From the IMG/VR virus record IMGVR_UViG_3300030320_000057: a stretch of DNA of 49,574 nt; one strand, given 5' to 3'. Shown here piece after piece: positions 32,164 to 42,660 of this stretch. The notes below the pieces were generated by a model. That model was not told where the DNA came from and made no database searches. It saw nothing but the letters and a program-made list of their open reading frames with translations. A program made the position numbers and the translations under genes. The DNA is from a virus. The number at the start of each line of letters is the position of its first letter. Positions within the stretch are counted from its first letter, which is position 1.

Positions 32164-32574
32164 ATGCTGAGACTCACGGTACACACCAAAGGCCTGGAGG
32201 AAATCAAGGATAAATTGATGCAAGCATCTTCAAAAGCTGAACACACTCTTGCTATTCAAATCCGTAAGGACACGTCTCCTTACGTGCCTGCGTTAACCGG
32301 AGACTTGGATAGGAGAACAAAAGTAGACGGGTCTCGCATTATATATCCAGGGCCAGAATCCAGGATGCTATATTACGGGAAATTGATGGTTGATCCCGAG
32401 ACGGGAAGCAGCTACGCGCCAAAAGGCGGCACAAAGGTGGTCACAGATAAGGACCTGGTTTTTAACAAATCGATGCACGCACAGGCGCAATCCCATTGGT
32501 TCGAGGCTAGCAAGTCAGAAAACCTTGAGAAGTGGGTGCGAGTAGCAGACAAGGCGGTGAAGAATGATCTCTGA
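32164..32574 (+). CDS. Minor capsid protein 2-like (HK97 gp10-like tail-joining)
   Basis: Pattern TSPYVPALTGDL...IIYPGP..RMLYYG. Confidence 0.75.
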   Translation: MLRLTVHTKGLEEIKDKLMQASSKAEHTLAIQIRKDTSPYVPALTGDLDRRTKVDGSRIIYPGPESRMLYYGKLMVDPETGSSYAPKGGTKVVTDKDLVFNKSMHAQAQSHWFEASKSENLEKWVRVADKAVKNDL

Positions 32575-33040
32575 TAAAAAAGAACGGCCTAAGGTGCTGG
32601 CTGCGGCGGAAGAGGTTCAAACAATTTCCCGCTCTATGCTGGTTTGGGCCAATACCTTTCCGGACAAGCCTGTTGCCATCATTAACTATGAATTTTTAGA
32701 TGTGGACATGGCAAAGCCCGCTGAGGTAGGAATGACTCTCTCCACGATTCCGGGAACTTACATTACAAGCAAATACATTCTGGGCGGATATCAAGCGGAA
32801 TATCAGTTTGAAATGCTCTATCGAATCAAACCGGGAGACAGCATAGATGCACGATTAGAAGCTGTCGAGCTGTTGAACAGATTCGGAGACTGGGCCATAA
32901 CGAATAAACCGGAGCTTGGAGAGGGAATCCGCGCACTGAGAGTGGAGCCTACCACACAGGCCGCAAAGCTGGCCGCACTTGAAAACGGCTATGAAGATTA
33001 TCAAATTTTAATGCGCCTGACTTATGAAGTCGGAGTTTGA
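32564..33040 (+). CDS. Minor capsid protein 3-like / tail terminator
   Basis: Position between the gp10-like gene and the major tail gene. Confidence 0.7.
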   Translation: MISDKKERPKVLAAAEEVQTISRSMLVWANTFPDKPVAIINYEFLDVDMAKPAEVGMTLSTIPGTYITSKYILGGYQAEYQFEMLYRIKPGDSIDARLEAVELLNRFGDWAITNKPELGEGIRALRVEPTTQAAKLAALENGYEDYQILMRLTYEVGV

Positions 33041-33054
33041 AAGGAGAGAAACCA

Positions 33055-33582
33055 ATGCCCGATATGGAATTTAATACGACAGCCGGTCAAACGGTAGACC
33101 GTGAGCTTTTGGTGGCGTATCTCAATACGGGGGACAGTTCTACACCTGTTTGGAGCCCCCTGGGGACCCGTGTCACAGACAGTTCTATGGAATACGATTG
33201 GCAGGAGGACTCTACAAAAGATATCCTTGGGACCACCAGAACCAGCATGAAAAAGCCGATCATCACGCAGAGCTTTGACCCCAGTGAGTTGGATGCAGGA
33301 GACCCCGCCATCACAAAGATTTGGAATTTAGCGGTCAGAGAGCAAAATGCTGCTGCTCTTGCAAACCAGGACATGTTGATTGTACACCTTTATGCTGGCA
33401 CAGCTCAAACCGCTGCGTTTGCGGAGCGATATTCCGCCTGTATGGTTAAGCCGTCCAGCCTGGGCGGGGAGGGCGGCGGCTCTGTTGGAATGCCCTATGA
33501 TGTGACCTTGGGTGGTACAAGAACCACCGGAACGGCGTCTGTTTCCGGCGCTAAGGTGACTTTTACTCCAGACGAGGTGTAA
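33055..33582 (+). CDS. Major tail protein
   Basis: AAAGGAGAGAA RBS. About 175 aa, upstream of the chaperone genes and the tape measure gene. Confidence 0.8.
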   Translation: MPDMEFNTTAGQTVDRELLVAYLNTGDSSTPVWSPLGTRVTDSSMEYDWQEDSTKDILGTTRTSMKKPIITQSFDPSELDAGDPAITKIWNLAVREQNAAALANQDMLIVHLYAGTAQTAAFAERYSACMVKPSSLGGEGGGSVGMPYDVTLGGTRTTGTASVSGAKVTFTPDEV

Positions 33583-33585
33583 GAC

Positions 33586-34017
33586 GTGAAAGAACTGAGC
33601 TTCGACAGCGGACTTGTTACATATTCCCTGAACGGGAAGTGTGAGGTATCTTTTAACCCGACTGACAGCAACTTTGTGGAAAAGCTGTACTCCGCCTTTG
33701 AAGAACTGGATAAAAAGCAGGAAGGGTATAAGGCACAAATTGAAAAAATTGCAGACAAGCGGGAAATCTTTGCTTTTGCAAAAGAGCGGGATGCTGAAAT
33801 GCGCGGCATCATTGACGGCGTGTTTGGCGACGCGGTTTGTGATGTGCTGTTTGGCGGTATGAATGTTTATGCTTTGGCAAACGGGCTTCCGGTGTGGTGT
33901 AATCTCATGCTGGCTGTGATGGATGAAATTGATTCTTCATTCGCGCGCGAACAGAAAGCCACGAATCCCAAGCTCCAAAAGTATCTAAATAAGTACCAAA
34001 AGTATCAAAGAAGCTGA
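33586..34017 (+). CDS. Tail assembly chaperone-like protein (GTG start)
   Basis: Position between the major tail and tape measure genes. Confidence 0.65.
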   Translation: MKELSFDSGLVTYSLNGKCEVSFNPTDSNFVEKLYSAFEELDKKQEGYKAQIEKIADKREIFAFAKERDAEMRGIIDGVFGDAVCDVLFGGMNVYALANGLPVWCNLMLAVMDEIDSSFAREQKATNPKLQKYLNKYQKYQRS

Positions 34018-34032
34018 AGTAAGGAGCACGGC

Positions 34033-34632
34033 ATGAGTTATGGACTGCCAAAAACCGTTGAAATAGACGGAGAAGAGTTTGCTATTCGCTATGATTTTCG
34101 TGTCATCCTTGACATTTTTGAAATTCTGAACGACCCAGATTTCAACGATCAAGAACGAGCTCTTGCCGTGCTCCAAATCTTCTATGTGGAATTTGACCAA
34201 CTGACGGATTATGACGCGGCGATTCAGAAGTGCTTTCGCTTTATTAACGGTGGAAGAGAAGAAATATCCAAACAAAAACAGCCGCAGCTGATTTCCTGGA
34301 AACATGATTTTTCTATGATTGTTGCCCCAATCAACCGAGTCCTTGGATATGAAGTGCGGGCAAAAGAATATGATCCGCAGACCAATACAGGAGGAGTTCA
34401 TTGGTGGACTTGGCTAGGTGCCTACATGGAAATTGGGGACTGCTTATTTGCACAGATCATTCGTATTCGGGAAAAAAGAGCACTTGGAAAACCGTTGGAT
34501 AAAGCAGACAAAGAGTTTTATAGAAAAAACCGGGATATCATTGACCTAAAAACACAGTACACCGATACAGAGCAAGAGCTTTTGAAGGCATGGACAAAAA
34601 GTAAGACGGCACCCGAAACAGGCACCGTCTGA
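34033..34632 (+). CDS. Bacteriophage Gp15-like protein (tail assembly)
   Basis: GLPKTVEIDGEEFAIRYDFRVILDIFEIL matches the Phage_Gp15 pattern from memory. Confidence 0.75.
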   Translation: MSYGLPKTVEIDGEEFAIRYDFRVILDIFEILNDPDFNDQERALAVLQIFYVEFDQLTDYDAAIQKCFRFINGGREEISKQKQPQLISWKHDFSMIVAPINRVLGYEVRAKEYDPQTNTGGVHWWTWLGAYMEIGDCLFAQIIRIREKRALGKPLDKADKEFYRKNRDIIDLKTQYTDTEQELLKAWTKSKTAPETGTV

Positions 34633-34640
34633 GGCATTCA

Positions 34641-34919
34641 TTACTGAGCTTTTTTCAATTCTTCAATTTGCCGGGTATGTATAGCCACCGTCTTTTCAAG
34701 ATCATCCACGCGATCTTCCATAATGTCTATAGCTTCTTGCGGGATCATTTTAGACCCCATTGAATCTAGCTTTTCAAACAATAATTTGAATTGTGGGGCA
34801 AATGTATTCTCAATGATTACCTGCATATTTGCCATAGACTCTTTGAGGATTTCTTTCTTCTGCTGCTCCATCATCGTATGAATCGCTTGCAGGTCCTTTT
34901 CATCTAGCATCCCGATCAC
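34641..34919 (-). CDS. Coiled-coil hypothetical protein (antisense moron)
   Basis: 92 aa on the opposite strand, in an AT-rich block. Confidence 0.65.
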   Translation of the reverse strand: MIGMLDEKDLQAIHTMMEQQKKEILKESMANMQVIIENTFAPQFKLLFEKLDSMGSKMIPQEAIDIMEDRVDDLEKTVAIHTRQIEELKKAQ

Positions 34920-35009
34920 CTCTTGTTTGCTATTATACGGGCTGGCTGGATAGCTGTCAAGAAACTACACCTTGAAAACTCAATAGAGATAGCAGGGGAT
35001 TCTACATTT

Positions 35010-35654
35010 TTACTGCTTTGAATAAGTAAACGCAATATCTTTTCCAGACCAAAAATCGGGGGTAAACTTCACTTCTATTGTGGACCATCCAGATGGAACC
35101 TCATATCCAATAACACCATTCATCTTTTTTCCTGCTGCAACAGAACCATCAAGCTGTTTCTGGTTGGTGCTCAACATTGCTGAAAGGTTCATTGAAGTAG
35201 AATAATCATCAACATAAGCTTCAAACGACATGATAGAACTAACGGCTATATCTGTGTCAGAATTATTTTCTATCTCAAATTCACAGACGATAAAAACGTT
35301 TCCGTCTGTTGGAGTCATATAATTTCCGCCGTTATTTTCAGAAACGTTAACCAAGGTTACATGAATATCATTTAAAGCAGCTGTTTCTCCAACATTAAAA
35401 ACAGTTTTTTCCTCGGTTTCTTTCTGAACATCTTCTGACTGTGTAGAATTATCTCCTTGATTATCTGATTGTACTAATTCTGGATTGCTGTTATCCCCAA
35501 ATATAGATGCAAAAACACCTATTAAAAAAATAGCAATAAGAATAAAAGCTACATTTTTTAAAGCGTGTTTTTGTTTCGCACCACATTGAGGACACATTTT
35601 TGCCGACTTTGCGATTTCAGCTCCGCAAGATTTGCATTTTGTCATCTTTCCCAT
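35010..35654 (-). CDS. Zinc-ribbon / TM / DUF4352-like extracellular domain protein (antisense moron)
   Basis: CKSCG...CPQCG, TM VAFILIAIFLIGVFASIF, and a beta-rich C-terminus (VTLVNV...FIVCEFEIENNS...GYEVP) typical of DUF4352. Confidence 0.8.
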   Translation of the reverse strand: MGKMTKCKSCGAEIAKSAKMCPQCGAKQKHALKNVAFILIAIFLIGVFASIFGDNSNPELVQSDNQGDNSTQSEDVQKETEEKTVFNVGETAALNDIHVTLVNVSENNGGNYMTPTDGNVFIVCEFEIENNSDTDIAVSSIMSFEAYVDDYSTSMNLSAMLSTNQKQLDGSVAAGKKMNGVIGYEVPSGWSTIEVKFTPDFWSGKDIAFTYSKQ

Positions 35655-35763
35655 TCCAAATACCCTCCATTTTTCTTTAAAATATCAAAAAACAAGTAAA
35701 AGTATATTTTCTATACAAATCCCCTCCTCAATATATAAAACCGCTAGGAAGCAAGGTGATCTT

Positions 35764-37992
35764 ATGGCCGCTGATGGCTCTATTGTAATTGATGTTGATC
35801 TTGATAATAAAAAGGCGCAACAAGAACTGAACAAACTAAACAAAAAAATTGAGAGCTTAAATGATCAGATTTATATTAAGCAGCAACAACAAATGCCGTT
35901 GATTGAACAATCTAGGCAACTTGGGGCAGAGCTGGATGCTGCAAAAGCAAAACTAGAAGGAATGAGAAGCGGCGGCGAGTTTTTCACGTCTTCCAGTATC
36001 AATCAGCAGGCAGAAAAGGTAAAGCAGCTCCAAAAAGAATGGGATGCTGTGCAGAAAAAGGTGGAGAGCTACGATGCTTCTATTGAGAAAACCAACATTG
36101 CCCTTAATCTGACCAAAGAAAGAGCGGGAGATATTCAAAAGCAACTTGCATCTTCTGGACCAAACACAGAAATAATGTCACAGGCCATGGAGCGGATGCA
36201 AAAGAGCGCCGGAAAGTTTTCCATGAGACTACGAGAAGTGGTACGAAGCGCGTTGATTTTTACGGTGATCTCTCAGGGACTTGCCTCTCTGCGAGAATGG
36301 TTCGGAAAGGTCATTAAAACCAATGACGAAGCGACTGCGGCCATCGGTAGATTAAAGGGGGCCCTCCTTACATTAGTACAGCCCCTAGTAAATGTGATTA
36401 TACCAGCATTTACAGTATTTGTAAATGTTTTGTCGAGAATCATTACAGCAATCGCTAATGTTGTTTCCATGCTGTTTGGAAGTACCATTAAACAATCTGC
36501 ACAGGCAGCGGAAGGACTGAACAAAGAAGCTGAGGCTTTAGAAGGAGTTGGGGCGGCGGCAGATGAGGCTTCCGGATCACTAGCCGGGTTTGACGAAATT
36601 AATCAGTTGGCAGGGGAATCCAAAGACGGCGGGGGCGGCACTGCTGGAAACAACATTGCGCCGACATTTGACTTTGAAGAACAAGACACAGGGATTCTTG
36701 ATAAAATTTTAAACCTTGTCAAATTGATCGGGACAGCGTTGCTATATTGGAAAATTCCCGCGCAGTTTAGAAACGGTTTAAAGACTCTCTTGGGGTTATT
36801 TCTTGCGCTAGATGGTGCAATCGAATTTATCAGGAATACATTTGACGCATGGGTAAACGGTGTTACATGGGACAACCTCCTAGGAATGCTTTTAAGGGCG
36901 GCTGAACTTGTGGCAGGGCTTTGGTTAGTTTTTGGACGAGTCGGAGCGGCCGTTGGCTTGATCGTAACGGGTTTGACAATGCTTGTAACCGGATTCAGAG
37001 ATGCGTATGAAAATGGGTGGAACTTACAAAATCTGATTCTCTCTATCGCGGGAATTTTGGCAACGGGAGCGGGGATCGCACTTTTCATAGGTTCCTGGAT
37101 TCCAATGCTGATTGCAGGAATTGCGGCTATTGTCTTGGCAATTACGACCGCTTACGGACAAGGAGAAGCCTTATTAAACGGAATTCGAATGATTCTGCAA
37201 GGATTTATTGACTTCTTTGTTGGAGTATTTACAGGAAACATTGAACAGGCTGTCGCGGGAATTACTGGAATTTTTGATGGTCTTAATATTGCGATTACAG
37301 CGATTTTTGACGCAATCGAGACTATGATTCAAAGCTTCCTAGACTGGTTGGACGAAAAAACCGGCGGCGTACTCAGTCCTATTATTGATACAATTAAGAA
37401 TTTGTTTAGATCCGCGTTTGATGGAATTAGAACTACTGTTACGAATGTAATTAACGCTATTGAACAAATTTTTACAGGGTTGGTTCAATTCATTGGAGGC
37501 GTTTTTTCCGGAGACTGGGACCTTGCATGGGAAGGGATTAAAAATATTTTCAAAGGGGCTTGGAATGGAATTGTCAGTGTGATCGAAAGCGCCATTAACC
37601 TGATTATCAGCGGGATCAATAAACTGCTAGACGGCCTCCAAGCATTGACAGCTTTTGAACTCCCGGACTGGTTGGGAGGCTATTCGTTCAAAGGAATCAA
37701 CATTCCAAGAATTTCAAAAGTATCAATTCCGCGCTTGGCACAGGGCGCAGTGATTCCCCCCAACCGGGAATTCCTGGCTGTCTTAGGAGACCAGCGGAGC
37801 GGAACCAACATTGAAGCGCCGCTTGATACCATCAAGCAGGCGGTAGTGGAAGCCATGCGAGAGGTTGGTGGACAGGGGAATGGCACGATAACGGTAGTTG
37901 TCAATTTGGACGGGAGAGAGGTCGCAAGAAACACGGTTAACCATATTAACCGCATGACACAGCAAGCCGGAAAGCCGGTTCTAAACTTCTGA
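35764..37992 (+). CDS. Tape measure protein
   Basis: 742 aa with an N-terminal coiled coil, a hydrophobic Gly/Ala/Ile/Leu-rich core, and the expected position. Confidence 0.9.
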   Translation: MAADGSIVIDVDLDNKKAQQELNKLNKKIESLNDQIYIKQQQQMPLIEQSRQLGAELDAAKAKLEGMRSGGEFFTSSSINQQAEKVKQLQKEWDAVQKKVESYDASIEKTNIALNLTKERAGDIQKQLASSGPNTEIMSQAMERMQKSAGKFSMRLREVVRSALIFTVISQGLASLREWFGKVIKTNDEATAAIGRLKGALLTLVQPLVNVIIPAFTVFVNVLSRIITAIANVVSMLFGSTIKQSAQAAEGLNKEAEALEGVGAAADEASGSLAGFDEINQLAGESKDGGGGTAGNNIAPTFDFEEQDTGILDKILNLVKLIGTALLYWKIPAQFRNGLKTLLGLFLALDGAIEFIRNTFDAWVNGVTWDNLLGMLLRAAELVAGLWLVFGRVGAAVGLIVTGLTMLVTGFRDAYENGWNLQNLILSIAGILATGAGIALFIGSWIPMLIAGIAAIVLAITTAYGQGEALLNGIRMILQGFIDFFVGVFTGNIEQAVAGITGIFDGLNIAITAIFDAIETMIQSFLDWLDEKTGGVLSPIIDTIKNLFRSAFDGIRTTVTNVINAIEQIFTGLVQFIGGVFSGDWDLAWEGIKNIFKGAWNGIVSVIESAINLIISGINKLLDGLQALTAFELPDWLGGYSFKGINIPRISKVSIPRLAQGAVIPPNREFLAVLGDQRSGTNIEAPLDTIKQAVVEAMREVGGQGNGTITVVVNLDGREVARNTVNHINRMTQQAGKPVLNF

Positions 37993-37993
37993 G

Positions 37994-38362
37994 GTGGATA
38001 TGGAGATTTTGAAAATCAACGGGCACGACTATTCCCCATATGTGCAGAGCAAAGGTTTTGGCTGGAGCAGGGAGGACCTAGACAGCGATAAAACGACCCG
38101 CACAAAAGATGGGAAAATGCGCCGCCATAAGATTACAACCAAGCGAAAGCTGTCTTATACCATGCTAGGAATGAACCGCGAGCTTTTAGCGCAGCTGGAT
38201 GATGATTTAAGCGCCGCCACGTTTCCAGCTACATACCGTGATCTGCATGGTACCATGACCAAGACCTTTTACTGCTCCTCGTTCAATGCCAATATCAGCG
38301 AAGTATGGGACGGCGATACTGATATTTGGGAGGGAGCGTCTTTCAATATCATAGAGGTATAG
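37994..38362 (+). CDS. Tail component (distal tail-like)
   Basis: Immediately downstream of the tape measure gene. GTG at 37994 or ATG at 38000. Confidence 0.65.
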   Translation: MDMEILKINGHDYSPYVQSKGFGWSREDLDSDKTTRTKDGKMRRHKITTKRKLSYTMLGMNRELLAQLDDDLSAATFPATYRDLHGTMTKTFYCSSFNANISEVWDGDTDIWEGASFNIIEV

Positions 38363-38364
38363 CT

Positions 38365-39042
38365 ATGGCACAGATGACAAGCAAACTGTGGAAAAGTCTT
38401 TGGAGGATGCCAAACACAGAGCGGGAATATAAGTTTGAGATCAACGGAGTTGAGTACGGTCCAGATCAGGAAGTGGAGCACTCTTACAGCAACGGCCTGT
38501 TTGAGGATTTCGGAATCGGCAACGCATACACTGCCAGCTTGAAGATCAGCCTCTTTGCAGACAACATTCCAAAAGCGGCGAGCATTAAGCGGTATGTCCG
38601 CCTGAAAAATGGGACACAGGTTTCCGAATGGATTCCGAAGGGCACATTCTTCACCAACCGCAGGAGCGAGGACGACGGCGAGTGGACGCTGGAAGCCTAT
38701 GACGCCATGCGTAAGGCAGAGGTGGTTTGGGAGCCGGACCAGAGCCTGGAATTTCCCATGACCATGCCGGACGCTGTTGCGGAGTTCTGCCGCATTCTGG
38801 GAGTAACGCTGGACAGCCGGACGGCGCTGAACGCCAACTACACCATTGATTATCCGGCCAACGATTACACCATCCGGAACGAACTGTGTTTTATCGCCGC
38901 CGCCCATGCGGGGAACTGGATGATAACAGACGCAAATACCTTATATCTGGTTCCGCTCCTGTCCGCTCCTCCGGAAACAAATTATTTAGTGGATGAACAC
39001 GGAGACGCCATCACCTTTGGAGGTGACAGAATCCTTGTCTGA
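38365..39042 (+). CDS. Tail/baseplate component
   Basis: Internal ATG of ORF 38326-39042, in the operon. Confidence 0.7.
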   Translation: MAQMTSKLWKSLWRMPNTEREYKFEINGVEYGPDQEVEHSYSNGLFEDFGIGNAYTASLKISLFADNIPKAASIKRYVRLKNGTQVSEWIPKGTFFTNRRSEDDGEWTLEAYDAMRKAEVVWEPDQSLEFPMTMPDAVAEFCRILGVTLDSRTALNANYTIDYPANDYTIRNELCFIAAAHAGNWMITDANTLYLVPLLSAPPETNYLVDEHGDAITFGGDRILV

Positions 39043-40387
39043 ACAATTCTTTGTCGGCCTGGACATCACAGGCTTTGAGAATACCGGAAAGTATAAACCC
39101 ATTTCCCGTGTGACGTTGATAGTCGATGATGAAAACGCATTGACGGCGGGGGACGATACAGGTCTGGAGATCACGGCTTCCTGCCCCCATGCAACACAGG
39201 ACATGGTTAATACACTTTTATCACAGCTGCAAGGCTATGAATATCAGTCATTTACAGCAGATGCGGCCAATTTGGACCCGTCCGCAGAACTTGGGGACGG
39301 CGTTACTGTCAGTGGGCTATATTCCTTTATTTCCAGGCTAGAGGACGATGGAGATGGCTATCCAAGCATATCCGCTCCCGGAGAGGTGGAACTGGAGGAC
39401 GAATACCCGTCTGCTGGTCCCATGACGCAGGAGTTTAATCGCAAGATCGCAGAGACCCGTTCCACGATCACAAAAACGGCGGAAGAAATCCGTCTGGAAG
39501 TGGAAAACGAAATTGAAGGTCTGTCGTCCAGCATTTCCGTTCAGTTGGATAGCATTACATCCACAGTGCAGGGTTTGAATGGACAGGTTTCCACGATTTC
39601 GCAAAAGGTGAACAACATCACACTCACGGTGCAGAACGGCACGGACCGCTCGTATATTGATCTCTCTGTGGGCGGCGTTACGGTTGCCTCGCAGGTCATT
39701 CGATTTACTGGGGATGTGGTGTTTGAGTCCAGCCTGACCGACGGCTCCACCATGATTTCCGGAGACAACATTTTGACTGGCGAGGTCTCCGCAGAATATA
39801 TCCGGCTGGGCGGAGAAATGGCAGTCTATGAGAGCCTTAGTTCCAGGGCTGACCTGGGCGGCTACATCGGGTATGTGACCAGCTACGATTATAACGGCTC
39901 CCGCACCTATGGGATGGGTATGATTGAAGCTGTCAGTGAAAATCAGGTAGTTGCTACTAGCGGCGGCGTTCGTATGACCACCGATAATGGCGAGGTCGTT
40001 GTGGCGACAAATATTACACTGGACACCCGAAATGCCGTCAATGTGTACGCAAACCGCTTTACATCAGATGTGGAGCTGAATGTGACTTCTGACCGAAACG
40101 CAAAGGATGACATTCGGTATGATGTTGCTGAAAAATATATCTCTCTGTTTGACCGGCTGAACCCAGTGAGCTTTCTCTATAAAGGGAAAGAAGCCAAGCG
40201 CCACCTGGGCTTTATCGCACAGGATGTGGAGGATGTTTTAAATGAAATCGGGATGCCGCTGGATGATTTCGCGGCCTTGTCCGTAGATGACGAGGGGCGG
40301 TATGGCCTTTCTTATGGAGAGTTTGTCGCGGTGCTGACGGCAAAAATTCAGCAGTTGGAACAACGATTGAAAGCTTTGGAGGGCTGA
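38993..40387 (+). CDS. Tail fibre/spike protein with C-terminal intramolecular chaperone (Peptidase_S74) domain
   Basis: SDRNAKDDI...LNPVSFLYK...HLGFIAQDVEDVL...LSYGEFVAVLTAKIQQLEQRLKALE. The start may be downstream (TTG at 39035). Confidence 0.85.
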   Translation: MNTETPSPLEVTESLSEQFFVGLDITGFENTGKYKPISRVTLIVDDENALTAGDDTGLEITASCPHATQDMVNTLLSQLQGYEYQSFTADAANLDPSAELGDGVTVSGLYSFISRLEDDGDGYPSISAPGEVELEDEYPSAGPMTQEFNRKIAETRSTITKTAEEIRLEVENEIEGLSSSISVQLDSITSTVQGLNGQVSTISQKVNNITLTVQNGTDRSYIDLSVGGVTVASQVIRFTGDVVFESSLTDGSTMISGDNILTGEVSAEYIRLGGEMAVYESLSSRADLGGYIGYVTSYDYNGSRTYGMGMIEAVSENQVVATSGGVRMTTDNGEVVVATNITLDTRNAVNVYANRFTSDVELNVTSDRNAKDDIRYDVAEKYISLFDRLNPVSFLYKGKEAKRHLGFIAQDVEDVLNEIGMPLDDFAALSVDDEGRYGLSYGEFVAVLTAKIQQLEQRLKALEG

Positions 40388-40388
40388 T

Positions 40389-40538
40389 ATGGAAGAGACA
40401 AAGAAATTGATTGATGATGCGATTGCCATTCTTTCAACGCTTTCTGTGAATGGAGACGCGGTAGAAGTGATGGCAGCAGCCAAGAGCAAGCTGCGGAAAG
40501 CATCCGCAAATCTCAAGGAGGAACCCGATGGCCGATAA
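40389..40538 (+). CDS. Small hypothetical protein (49 aa)
   Basis: Hand-translated. Fills the gap between the fibre genes. Confidence 0.45.
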   Translation: MEETKKLIDDAIAILSTLSVNGDAVEVMAAAKSKLRKASANLKEEPDGR

Positions 40539-41142
40539 GAATATCAGCACACTCCCGGCAGTGGAAAGCATCGACAATGACTCCCTCTTTGTCGCGGAGC
40601 AGCAGGGAGTGGCTTCCAAAGTGACGGGCGCGCAGGTTGCGTCATTTGCCGAGAAAGCAGCTAACGCCAATGTACAAGCGGCTGTGGATGCGGCGGAAAA
40701 AGCGCGGGAGGCCGCAGAGACCGCAGAAGCGGCGGCGCAGGTAACAGCCCACCCGCCCCAGGTGAACGAGGAGACGGGCTTCTGGCAGGTATGGAACAGC
40801 GGAACCGGGGCCTATGAAGATACTACCATTCAGGCGGAGGGTCCTGTCGGCCCGCAGGGAACGTCTGTAAAGAGCATTACGCGCACCAGCGGTACCGGAG
40901 CGGCGGGAACCACAGACACCTACACGATGTACGATTCGGACGATGAAGCGATTGGAACATTTACCGTGTACAATGGCGCGGACGGCATCGGCTCCGGCGA
41001 TATGCTGAAAAGCATCTATGATACCGGGAACAAGAACACGGATATTTTTACTTACGCGGACGGGATTCTGGACTCCGCGAAGAGCTACACAGATACCTCT
41101 ATTCAGGCGGCGATTCTGGACAGTTGGGAGGCGAGCTATTGA
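40528..41142 (+). CDS. Tail fibre-like protein
   Basis: AGGAGGAA RBS. Ala-rich coiled coil, and a short collagen-like GPVGPQG. Confidence 0.75.
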   Translation: MADKNISTLPAVESIDNDSLFVAEQQGVASKVTGAQVASFAEKAANANVQAAVDAAEKAREAAETAEAAAQVTAHPPQVNEETGFWQVWNSGTGAYEDTTIQAEGPVGPQGTSVKSITRTSGTGAAGTTDTYTMYDSDDEAIGTFTVYNGADGIGSGDMLKSIYDTGNKNTDIFTYADGILDSAKSYTDTSIQAAILDSWEASY

Positions 41143-41915
41143 GCACTCAGGGGGACAAGCTGAAAGCGATTGCGGACGCTATTAGAGCGAAAGAAGGCAG
41201 CTCTGACCCTATTGCTGCCAATGATTTCCCGGCGAGAATCGCGGCGATTGAGACGGGGATTGACACCTCTGATGCTACCGCAACAGCTTCTGATATTGCC
41301 AGGGACAAGACAGCCTATGTTAGTGGGAAAAAGGTGACGGGAAATGTTGGCACGACGGAGGTTGGATATACGGGTTCTCTCGCAGGAACACGTGCATATT
41401 TCTCGAGTAGTCAATATGGAAATTATGTAAATATTGAGGGAACCATTACCTCTACATATGGTCAGCTTTTTCGCAACGGAGCAGGCTTCACTGCTGGCCT
41501 TCCTGCCTCAAATTTTGGAAACGCCACCGCCGCAGACGTAGCCGCAGGAAAGACCTTTACCAGCGAGGCGGGGGTAAAGGTGAGTGGTACAGGACAATTA
41601 TCACAGTTTTTCACAGGCACCCTTCGTGTTAGAAGCGCGACGGATATTGTTGAGTTTGTATCACCCGCAGGACTTATACAAAGATATAATCAAGTTGTTA
41701 ATGATGTCATATCGGTTTATGTTCCTGGTACTGTTATTTTTGTTAACATTATGGACTCAAACAACAATCAGTTTCGCCCTAAAGTTATTGAAGGCTTTGA
41801 TAATACATACTGGGTAGACACTACTAAGGACGTTTCTGGATATAGAATTTCCTACGGAGCCTTTATCGCAAAACCTGGCTACAGTGTGTATAACATTGAA
41901 TTCGACATATTTTAA
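41139..41915 (+). CDS. Tail fibre / receptor-binding-like protein (TTG start)
   Basis: GGGAGG RBS 7 nt upstream. KLKAIADAIRAKEG motif, common in fibre proteins. Confidence 0.7.
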   Translation: MSTQGDKLKAIADAIRAKEGSSDPIAANDFPARIAAIETGIDTSDATATASDIARDKTAYVSGKKVTGNVGTTEVGYTGSLAGTRAYFSSSQYGNYVNIEGTITSTYGQLFRNGAGFTAGLPASNFGNATAADVAAGKTFTSEAGVKVSGTGQLSQFFTGTLRVRSATDIVEFVSPAGLIQRYNQVVNDVISVYVPGTVIFVNIMDSNNNQFRPKVIEGFDNTYWVDTTKDVSGYRISYGAFIAKPGYSVYNIEFDIF

Positions 41916-41978
41916 TTGCCTTTGTGCGGAGTTATTCCAGTAATTTATTCCTAATTCAGCGTCCGAAAGAGGTGCATC

Positions 41979-42656
41979 ATGTTCCATCTACAAGCCAACA
42001 AAATATATTTGGAAGTCTGCGCAAAAGAGGGCGTGACCAGTGGTTCCGTTAATGTCTACACGGTTCGATTTTCCTTCAACTCGGATTGGGATGGCCTGGA
42101 CAGGACGGCGGTATTCCACGCGGGCGACGATCAAATTTCCGTGGTGTTGGACGACTCCAGCGAGTGCCAAATCCCGTGGGAGGTATTGGAGAATCCGGGG
42201 CGAAACCTGTCGGTTGGCGTATATGGAACAAAGGGCGGCACAGTCGTTCTCCCCACCATCTGGGCGCAGCTGGGAGAAATCCGGGAGGGCGTGTCGCTGG
42301 GCAGCAACGCGCAGCCTCCCACACCAGATGTGTACAGTCAGATTTTAGAAGCCGCCAAACAGGCGGAAAAGATTGCGCAGAGTGTACGGGATGACGCGGA
42401 CGCCGGAAAGTTTGACGGAGAACCCGGCCCGGAGGGGCCACAGGGACCGCCCGGAGATGGAGTGCCGGAGATTACCCCAGAGGACGAAGGAAAGTTTCTG
42501 GGTGTTCTGGACGGCGCTGCGGAGTGGGTTTTGGGAGGCTCCGGTTCCGGCAATGTATCATCTCCGGAGATATCAGTGATCCGTGTGATGGACAGGCAGG
42601 AATATGAGGAGCTTCCCACAAAGAGCCCCACCACGCTCTATCTGATTCGGGGGTAG
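41979..42656 (+). CDS. Structural protein with short collagen-like tract
   Basis: GEPGPEGPQGPPGDG. Confidence 0.7.
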   Translation: MFHLQANKIYLEVCAKEGVTSGSVNVYTVRFSFNSDWDGLDRTAVFHAGDDQISVVLDDSSECQIPWEVLENPGRNLSVGVYGTKGGTVVLPTIWAQLGEIREGVSLGSNAQPPTPDVYSQILEAAKQAEKIAQSVRDDADAGKFDGEPGPEGPQGPPGDGVPEITPEDEGKFLGVLDGAAEWVLGGSGSGNVSSPEISVIRVMDRQEYEELPTKSPTTLYLIRG

Positions 42657-42660
42657 CAAA

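Noticed and set aside
33586-34632. Programmed -1 frameshift between tail assembly chaperone genes (gpG/gpGT style).
   Set aside because: The two ORFs are separated by 15 nt and the second has its own ATG. I found no overlapping extended frame or slippery heptamer at the junction.
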